DNA of 64,000 nt from Balanoglossus misakiensis. Its lineage: Eukaryota; Animalia; Hemichordata. The stretch lies in contig CM082576.2 of the NCBI GenBank assembly GCA_040954595.2, positions 730,648-794,647 of the forward strand, read 5' to 3'. The position numbers and the translations under genes are program-made. Below are positions 40,160-50,243 of the stretch, in pieces; the first letter of the stretch is position 1, and each line of letters opens with the position of its first letter. The notes beneath the pieces are model-generated. The model ran no database searches. It was given only the letters and a program-made list of their open reading frames with translations, and had not been told where the DNA came from.

Positions 40160-41922
40160 GTAGAAACTTCTGCGAGACAAATATTTCTGCTCTAAGCTAT
40201 TATGTACAAATCAATATCCTTCGGTCTGTATTTACAAACAACTTAAGTAAACTAGAAAATGATATATTCATCACTGGAGTATGCTCACTCAGACTTGATA
40301 ATCTTAAAATATGATATATACAAGTTAAATGTATCATAAAAATGGTATATCATGGTGCAAAACTTTCACATCAAATATCATACTTCCATTTTTCAAGTTA
40401 CATTAGAACATGTAGTACTTTTCCTACAACTTCGTAATAAAAAAGGCAAGTTATAAAGAAAAGGCAGATCCTCATATGATCATATGATCCAAATAAGAAC
40501 TTTTGCTCCTACATACACTGTATGTACTAAAGTTGGCGTACTGTATCTTGAAATTCCTTTTAAAATTGTCTTTTGACTCAGGACTATAAATAGTGTTAAT
40601 TCCATTTGATATAATGTATCCATGCAATACTGTACAAAAATGTCCATCACAAAATTAATCTTTTCAGCCCACTCTCAGGAAATTAAATGGTTCATCCCTG
40701 ATAATGGACATACACAGAGACAGCTTAGTCATGTTTTGACAAATTAGTGAGACCCTTGCAAGTGAAATCAAACTACCTACTTACATATGCAGTTAATTAT
40801 GGTTACTTCTTTATCAATGCAATCTGATACTTCAATTAAAAGTGGGCTATGCAGGCATGTTTGAATAACAATGATATTATTTTAATTTCTTTTACTGAAT
40901 ATCCCATGTCTGCAAAATGATTTTGACAATGTTTATTTAATAATTTTTGATATGTTTATTTTCAGACATTTTATTTATGATTATTCACATTCAAAGTTTT
41001 TTCATTGGAAGTAGGGCAGTGGTTTTTTGTTTTGCTTTCAGAAAAAAATGTCCACACAAGCTTGTTAAAGGGACATTAGCTGCAACTTTTGGCTTTATTT
41101 CCAGTATTCTTGTTCTGTATATCAAATGCAATTTCTTGCTCTACTCCAAATAGCATGCTGCCGGTAATATACCCAGTACTCCACTTGTCAACATAGCCTT
41201 TATTGTGTGTAACAGCCATTGTTATTGTTGACAAATGAATACTAATCCGGACTTGAAATTAAATTTTGCACAATAACAATGCTGACTATACACATATAGG
41301 TTGTGTTTAATTAGCTAGATACTGGGCATATCATTATGCTTCAGGGATTTGAACAAGAAACTGCAGTAGGTACGCATAACAAAAATACTGAAAACAGAAA
41401 AAAGAGGTTCAAAGAGATATAGAAAAATATAATTTTATAACATCTGGCACGATTGAAACAAAGAAACAAAAAAATTGCAACAGACAGTGACTTCTAGCAC
41501 CTTTCATTTCTTTCAAATCTGTTTGGTTGGGAAAATCACGCCAGAGCTCATGCAAACATGTTCTAGAATTTCTATAAAGTCGCGCGATTTTATGCCACCG
41601 CCAGTAGATTCATAAAAAACGTGTTCCATTGAAGCGCGTTCTCTTCTATGTGTTCCATTTCGGTAATTTTTTTTAATCATTCACTGTTCAGGGTCCAGAT
41701 TTCTTGTTGAGGACATAAACCCCGGCTCCAGTCAATCAGCGAGCTGGATTCACACCAAGCATATTATAATAGTCTTTCTATATCGTTACTATGCCAACAC
41801 TGTTGGTGTATCATACAGCTATGAGTATGACAACAGACATTTTAGAATTCTTTCACACTCCACCTCGTCTCATAGCTGCTGACTGCATGTCTGTAATGAC
41901 AATGCAGTGAAATCCATCTGCT

Positions 41923-44149
41923 CTACCTGGTTGAACTGTCTGTGGTTTCCTGTTGTTTATTTCCTCCACTGATGCCATGATCATTTTGCTCTGTTTGCTG
42001 ATCAGTCTTGTTATTTTGTGTTTCTCCTGCTTCTTCTCCTTCCTGTATTTTTGTCAACTTTTTCTCCTGACCATCATAGTTGGCAGAACCTTCCTGTTGT
42101 TGATCTCCTTGGATTTGAGATTTTGAACAGGACGGTTGATTGTCGGACATAAACTGACTGGAAGTTCCAGGCATGAGGTTCTGCAAAACTAACGGCTGCA
42201 CTTGGGACAATGTGGGCCTATTTGCACAAGCATGTTGGGAAAAGTTAAAAAAATTGAACATCGTTGTGACTCCTTGGCCTTGACTGTGTTGGGTGTTTGC
42301 CATTACAGGTGGAAATACTATTTGGTTGGACATGAGAGTCATGCAAAGGTTTTGAGTTTCTGTCTTGAGAGCCTGTAACTGTTGTTGTAGACTCTGATTC
42401 TGTTCAATGAGGGAGGCCGTCTGCATTGTCAAATCCAACAACCCACACTGCTTCAACGCATCAAAAGTACGGTGAAACCGACGCCTTTTCTGGTCTGGCT
42501 GCATGCCACCACTAGATTTCACATCTGAGCTGTACAGTGCAGGCTTTGCACTGTGACCATCTTCTATGCTTCTCTTAGAATGCAGATTTCCATATAACGC
42601 TGCCAGCGATTTGGTTGTGCATGGCTGGGTTGGCTGTGGCTTCTCAGTCAAGGGTTCTGTCACAGGAGATGAGCTTGAACTGCTAGACATATCCTCGTGC
42701 ACAGCTTGTCGACTCGTATGTGGCCTGGCTGGTTTGCGACGGATGTGATTTCTCTTGCCAGCACCCTCCACAACTTTGTGGAACTGTTGAAAACTTGTTG
42801 TGGCTTCCAACTCAATACCAGTCATTTCTTTTGTAAGATGCTGGATAGAAGAAAAGATAAAGACGAATTTAGAGAAATGTCACTTTAACGTAATGATTAA
42901 ATGTTCAAGTGTCCACCAGCTGCATAATCTTGACTTCTTTTTTCAGAAGTTCCGTTCTATGTATTTTAGGTAATAAAAGCTATTGGAAACTTACTAACTC
43001 CAGCAGTTACTTACATTGACATGTTCCTTGTCAGGAAAAATGCGCTTGAAACTGTCTGAATCAGTGCTTGTACTAGTGCTCTCTGAACCTGAGAAGAGTA
43101 AAAGAAAATTCTTGTTTATGAACAGGTTTTGGGCAAAGTAGATGCAAGAACTGAAAGGTTATTACAGGCAGAGGGTTTTGCTTTGTTCATTCAACCTAAG
43201 ACTGATATTGCTCAAGTTTGCAAATGAATAATTTCTACTGGTTGGAACTTAAACCAGGCTTGTTTTGAATCACCAGTTGAACATGAGAAATTTAATTGGG
43301 AATCATAGATTGGGGATACAGTTTCTTCCACCAAAGGTCACAGGGTCAAGATGATTCAAATTACTAGCATGCATTAATGAATGTCATCCCAGGGTACTTT
43401 TGTAATCTCTTGAATGTAAAAAATCTTTTGATGAGCATAATTGTGAAAAGTGACTCTTCACTCTTGATAAAGCAGCCCCAGACACTGAGATATATTATGC
43501 AATCTGTCATGCATGAGTATATACAAGTCAAACTTACCATCACATATCTGACTTTTAAGGTGGTGATGAACTCTCAAGACACTGTTGTTATCACTGAATG
43601 ACTCATTGCTTGTTCCTATACCACTGGATTGCACATTCCTTTTGCTGTGTTTGAAACAGCTTAGATGAGTCATAGCATCATGGGAGTACCCGTTAGAATC
43701 ACCATTAGAGTCACCATTAGATCCAACGCTTGACACACCATTTGCATACCCAGATGAGTGCATGCTTCCATCTGCCAAGAAAAATTCAGAAAACAAAAAC
43801 TTTAAAACCTGATACATTAACATTAATGACCAACTATATATTGATCAATGCATATACAAAAGTCAAATGAACTTACATGACAGAAATATTGACATACGTG
43901 AAAATAATAAAATGAGCTAAGAAATCTTTTTTTTCAAAATCCACATGACTTAAGTTCCATGACTACCGTAGTTCAACACTTACTTGCAGAGTCATTTGAC
44001 TGAACCTCCACATCGATATCACTGTCTGCACTAAGAGCAGCAGATGACGTACTATTATCTCCACAAAGGTAAACATCTTTTCCCAAAATAGTCTCTCGAA
44101 CTGCACTTTCAGGCATGTCCATGTCTTCCGAAATATCAAGCGAATTCAT
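41923..44149 (-). CDS. CIPC: CLOCK-interacting pacemaker (CIPC)-like protein, about 463 aa
   Basis: Coding exons 43984-44149 (acceptor at 44156, ATG at 44149), 43538-43771, 43015-43088 and 41923-42840, phases continuous. The segment KRRRFHRTFDALKQCGLLDLTMQTASLIEQNQSLQQQLQALKTETQNL matches the CIPC CLOCK-binding coiled coil as I recall it ([32 protein letters not shown]). The start codon is less certain than the rest of the model. Confidence 0.82.
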
Positions 44150-44953
44150 TACAGTCCTGGTGGGAAACAAAAACTGGTCAGTTATATACAAATATGGTAG
44201 ATAGCCATGCGGGCTGACAACGGACGTAACAAGGCTTAGTCAAATAGAGAGCAGCACCATCAATTTCAACTTGGCAAAAACAAAATTGCCTTAATTATTG
44301 CTACCCAGTCTTGCTCATGGCCAAAACAATCAACTCTACCAAAAGACATTTTGTACTTTCTCAATCACAATCCGCAAAGGGTATTTGCTACATCATTGCC
44401 AGGTTGCAAATAAGAAAAAAGATGGCAAATGACTGGATTGTTTATACAAGCCGAGCCAATTGGTAAGCGAAATTGACAAATGTATTGTAAGTAACTTTTG
44501 AGTGATAAAAATGTCCGATGCAGTGATGGGTGCCGTTCTGGAGTGTTTACAAGTCAGTGGTACACTTCATATAGTCTAATCCCTGGGCAAGATGTCCAAT
44601 TTTTACTCACATGTGCATGTGTGCCTGCAGTGTGCACAGCGTCACTGGCAAAGCCATATAATACCTCCACTCCGCGTGGCCGGGCTGGGTGTGTTGTTAC
44701 CGGGTGTTGAGAGTGCAGACGATAACAACACACCCGCCTGGCACGCGCCAGTGCAGAGGGTCAGTGAATCCTGCATCTGGCCGACATTGATGATAATTTA
44801 TAGCATCACCGCATGCAGTAAACACGGGACATTTGGTGCCTCACCACAGAAAATTGTACAAGTAGGGGCGACGGGTAAAAAACAGGAACTGAAATACGCA
44901 GAGAACACACGACAAAGCGTGTCACTCAGTTCGCCTTGCTTTACTTTACTTAC

Positions 44954-45060
44954 CTCGGTCCGAAGTAGAATGTCCGGTCCGGGAAATGTTTTTACAAAGT
45001 GTATCCACGACTCAGCTCTGTCGCGTCAGCAAGCAAGTAATGATTACGGTGCAAAGGGAC
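44954..45060 (-). other. Probable non-coding first exon (5' UTR) of the CIPC-like gene
   Basis: Strong donor GAG|GTAAGT at 44954/44953 in a CpG-rich region just downstream of the E-box cluster; it would splice to the acceptor at 44156. The 5' boundary is approximate. Confidence 0.5.
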
Positions 45061-45189
45061 TAAATACGGCCAAAAGAAGTCAACTAAATCGTCTGTATCG
45101 AGATATTTTGGCAAAATGTTTGGCAGATACCCATTTGTGCTGTAGACAGACCGAAGGAAAAACAAAACTAACGCATACCGTACCACACA

Positions 45190-45580
45190 TGATTCGTACA
45201 CGTGAGGAAACACAACTCACAGAACGTGTTGAAAACACGAGGACATACGCGTGATCCTCGTGAGGGCAACTGAATGACGATGGGGGCGTCAGATTTTTGA
45301 GTTGTCGTCGATTGGCATTTTCCTGCCCTAAATACCACTTTTCCAACGAATTTTATCGATTTAGGATATCGTGTAAATGCTCAAAAATATTTCAGTTACA
45401 AATACACAACGTGAAAGTGTGACTGTAGTCTTGAAATTGATCATGCTCATATATAAAATTATTTACACCCCTTTTAGTAATATAGACTAATCCCGCCTCC
45501 ATTGCTTGTTACAAATACGAACCCTTTCCTGTATTTATGTTGATTTACGTATTGCTGCACGTTTTGCCGCACGAGCAACT
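45190..45580. promoter_or_regulatory. E-box / E'-box / N-box cluster upstream of the CIPC-like gene
   Basis: CACGTG 45199-45204; AACGTG 45223 and 45408; CACGTT 45558; CACGAG 45236 and 45570; CTCGTG 45257; CGCGTG 45248; D-box-like TTACGTAT near 45545. Confidence 0.55.
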
Positions 45581-46812
45581 CATGCAGCTCGGTCGAAAGT
45601 ATTAAAGGCATCGTCCGCTCGATCGCATGGACGACGGGTCGTTGCCATTTACTGCTTTCTTTGATTAAAGTTGACACCCTCAATAGAGAGGCGCTCACGA
45701 TACGTGTTCTTCTAGCTAAAACAAATGTAAAAGGGTCCAGGTCATAGACGTCAGAGCAGCGCTTGTGTAGTGGTTGGCTATGTGATTTACAGGTGGTAAA
45801 CAATCGCGCGGTGGCGCTTTGAAAGACACGTTCCATGCCATGGAGCTGAGCTAGAAATTTGTCACAGGGGTACCCCCCCCCCCCCCTCCCAATGCGGTCT
45901 TTTGTGAGAGCTAAGTGTGCATCGTTTATAGCCTAGATAGGGCTTCAGTTGTAATCAAAAATGGCTTGGGTTGTGAACAATGGAACAAAAGATACACGAA
46001 ATACACAAGTCATAATGTTTTCTCATTTGTACTTACATTTGACCACCATTCCTGTCGTTTTTGGTTCTTCCGCCCTTGTAATTAATTCTGACAGAAAAAG
46101 CTCTGTATTTCCGACACATGTTGCAATTCAACAGCAAATTGGTCACATCAGAGGCCCACGCGTTTCCCTTGTCCACATATACATGTATATACCTTTCAAG
46201 AAGCATTTTATAAACTTTCCTTTCAAAAATCCAGAGTTAAACAAGCTAATGATATACTCATGTATATTGTTTTGCAAACGTACCCTTTTGCGCTCATTCT
46301 GTTATCATATAAGGATTATGTGACAGTGTTTAACATCAATATGCTATCTATTACAAATCCTGACAAGATTTCTGGTTGCAATATTCTTTTTCGTATAGGA
46401 AATTTTAAATAAAATCTTACCTCATGTGTACACGCTATTTATAAATGTGGTCTAATTTCAATAACACGTTTCGGTATACTTCACTGAACGTGTGTCACAC
46501 CTTTGCTATCATAAGCTTTCAACCGTGAAGTCTGACTGTCTATCATGTCTTGTGTGAAATGCCCTCTGCACCATTCATGCACACACGTCTCGTCGTCGTA
46601 TATGGTTGTTGTCTTCATCACGGAGCTCGCAGTAACATGTCACATTTTATGATTTGAACGTCCATTTTCCATGGTGTCTCCACTGATAAGATCACATGGT
46701 GTAATTACTGTATGTGCTCGTCAGCAGTATACTGCAGGCGTCAATATGGAAATAAATTGTCTGAATGATCAAACTGACTTATCACTTAAATCTCTTAGTA
46801 AAGTTGTCAATC

Positions 46813-46818
46813 TTTATT
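46813..46818 (-). terminator. Candidate poly(A) signal of PCSK2
   Basis: AATAAA on the minus strand about 1.1 kb after the stop codon. Another candidate lies near 46996. Confidence 0.35.
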
Positions 46819-47938
46819 GAAGAACTTTTATTTGAAGCATTACTTAATTTTAATCAAATTCGTAAATATGTTGCATCACAGTATCGTCGGACGTACTATC
46901 CATTTTCAAATTGCTGAATTTTCAGGACCTTTCTGCGGGTGGTTGATAACAAAATTGAAATACGATTTGCGCTGTTTAGACACAATATTCACAATTTATT
47001 TGACAAAGGAAATTACAAGGTTTGCAAATTACATATTTAATTGTCATATTTTCTTTAACTTCAAGCACTATCTTCAGTAAAGTACACGTAACAGATCATA
47101 ATGGCTTATAGGGGGCGCACTTCAGTAGAAGCGGGTAGGATATATATTTTTAACTGAAATACCGCATGTAAATGAGCTGAGATATGTTTTTCATTTTTTG
47201 ACAAACTGCAAGGCCTAAACACGGAAAATTTTAGTGTACACGACTAGGATTTTGAAAGTGAGTTCGGGGAATAGCTAAAATAGAATGAAAGTGTGACAAG
47301 TATCACCTTACTACAGAAGAAAGTGTTGAGCGCATTCGATTCAAAGATGTATATCGGCTAGTAAGTCAATTCTGACGCCAAGAAACTATTGGTAACTACA
47401 CTACATGAGGGCGCTATCTCTGAAGTTGAAAGAATTTCGATATGATCATTTCTTATATGGTCTCAAAAATAAATTTTCATCTTGTTGTTTCTCCTATCTC
47501 TGGAAAAATCATTTTACAGTAAAATTACACGATCATATACACACAAAAGCAATATACATACAAAGTAAGTCATTATCTCCTATTGATATATTTTACTTTC
47601 GTTCAATAAAAGATTTTTTGGTAGAATCTTTAATTGTTTAGTGTACACCGTTTTACTACTCTCTTATATTTCAGACAAGTCGGGCATGTTTTCATGCGCC
47701 GATGGAATAGACCTATATTTTCCTTCAATCTGAATTCTAGCAAACAAAAAAGATGTTTCTCTCGAAGTAGCTCCAATTTGGTTTTGGGGTAAATTACATA
47801 AAATAACATTCAGTTGGGCTTTCATTTAACGTTTGATAACAATGATCGGGTTTCCTGGGTAGATGTCTTCATCTAAAAATCACTAAGGGAGATTTATATG
47901 CAACTAAAAGGTACTCGTGTTTCTCTAGTGAGCTAATC

Positions 47939-50206
47939 TTAATTCCAATATCCATATTTTCCAGGTTTGCGGTTATTAGCCTCCATCGCCATTTGGATAG
48001 CATCTCCTATATCTTTCTCCATGTCTTGACGAGAAACGTGCTCTTTGATCATTTCGTCGATGATTTCTTCAATAACTTCATTTATATCCTCGTCATCATC
48101 ATCATTGGTTTGCTCTTGAATGGCCTGGTATAGGGACTGGGCCAGGTATCGTTCGCTCGTCATGTCTTCGTACGTGTTGTCGGTCTCGGGGATCTGCTCG
48201 TAGTAGTCCATAAATACGCTGATGTCAGAGTTTTCCTCCTCGTCGTCCATGTCACCCTCCTCCTCCTCCTCCTCCTCGTCGTCGACTTCATCGTTTTCGT
48301 CCTTGATCACGCCATCAACGTCAATGTCGTCCAAGTTTTCAAGCTCGGTCGTCTCCTCCTGGCCGACGTTGCCGCTGACGTCATTTCCAATTTCCGGTTC
48401 ATCGTCGTCTTCATCTTCGGCCTCCGTCTCGGACAGCATTTCATTACCGTTGTTTTCCGCCATTTGCTGAGCATAGTGTTCCAACCAGTCGGGTGTTTCT
48501 TGGGTGCCGTGTAGGACCAAAGTCCATTCATAGAGCTCACCATCGTTGACAGGAGACCCACTCATCTCGATTTCCAGTACCCATTCTCCGCTGGGATCCT
48601 CGCCCCAGTTGTGTGTCGTCATGAAGGGCCACTGATCGAACCCTTCGTCACTGTCGTCATCATTCGGCCGGCTGCTCAGCAGGATACTTGTAGTTCCCAT
48701 TGGTGACGTCATGTTAATATTGACATCACCACGTCGGGAACTCCGCAAACTTATCACACCCTGAACGTGTTCCAGACGACGTATGTAATTCTCCTGGCCC
48801 TTGCAGGCATCCGTACTAAGAGTGAGCCGTAATCGTTCACCATTTTCATTGGATGGTATTCTCCTGTGTGAGAGAGAAGGCAGAAATGCAAAAAGAAATA
48901 AGTGATACAATATGCTCATTTGATTGTTATCTTTTTAAAAATGAATGGGTATATATCATCACGCACAGAAAGTAGTCAGCTCCTACAAGGAAGGAGTTCA
49001 AGAGACAAATTTAAACAAGTCTGAAACTACTCCTTATCATGTAAATGTATACATATTGTTTGGTTTTGAACAGAAAGACAAGATACATACGATGTTTCTT
49101 TGTAACTGGCTCCGGTGCAGTGGAATCTTTCAGGCACAGTCACCCATTTCTTGGCCTCCGTGACAATAGCGCCAGCATCCAAAACGCCAAAGCCAAACAG
49201 GTGGTTGAATTCAAGACCAACTCCATTGGTTCGCCACTGGTGAACCTCGTCATATAGTTGGTTACGTTTGGACGTCAAAACAGTCAAGTGTTGCATGTCA
49301 CGCCATGTTAAGTTTCGACTTTGAGATGAAAACAAAGAAATGACAGGTTGATGGTTAGAAAGCAAATTTAGTCAGACTCGGATATTACGCCAGACCGGCT
49401 TAACCCCAAAACGTAGTCCGATGCTCTCCGACATATTAAGGTGATCTGCCATCGTTAAAAGTGGGTGTTTGTGTAAAAATTGTTATCATGTCAAGCTCTG
49501 TGAGAGATTGGATCATTTATCAGGAATACTTTGCAGAGAAACACGGAAGACCACGTGACCAGGTCGAGCTGGCCATGCTGTGTGAATGAGACGATGAGCC
49601 GAATATATAGTCAAGTAAACCTATAAAAGACTTACTTGGCCTCCAACGCCAATGCAAACACTCCGGCAGCTTCAGGTGCAGCAGCCGAGGTGCCCGAATG
49701 TTGAAGTGTACATTTGCCGTACAGATCAGTTGTTGCCTAAGATTAAAAAAATATATTTGTGATCACGTAGACGATGTTATATTCTAGTTTTTGTGGCTTC
49801 TTGCAATAATTGTTGTGAGAAAGTTTAGCAGCAGAGGGACGAGTCAAAATATGGAATAAACATCTTCTAATCAAAAGTCTGAAATCACTCTAGTATTGTG
49901 AGGCAACTAAAATTCTACTGTAAGGCTACTCCAACCAGTTTTGGAAACTCTAGTGAACTCACCACGCCTGCTTCAGGGTGTCGGTTTCTGCCGTTGCTGA
50001 AAGTAGACGCAAGAGTGGATGAGCAAGACTCATCGTAGAGGGCAGTGCGACCATCATTGATTGCGCTGTTGATAGAGATGGTCCACATACTCGAAGCGTA
50101 GCCGTCACAATTGCAGTCGTCAGCAGCGCCGCCATCTCCTGAAGCCCATACGTAAATACTTCCAAGTCCACCACGACCCTGAACAGAGTACAATTGGCAT
50201 GAGTAC

Positions 50207-50243
<37 letters not shown>

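Noticed and set aside
44592-45254. 220-aa plus-strand ORF over the CIPC promoter and first intron
   Set aside because: No recognisable domain or splice context; long chance ORFs are expected in this GC-richer region.
48222-48470. Ser-rich 82-aa plus-strand ORF
   Set aside because: It is the antisense shadow of the Glu/Asp codons in the PC2 tail.
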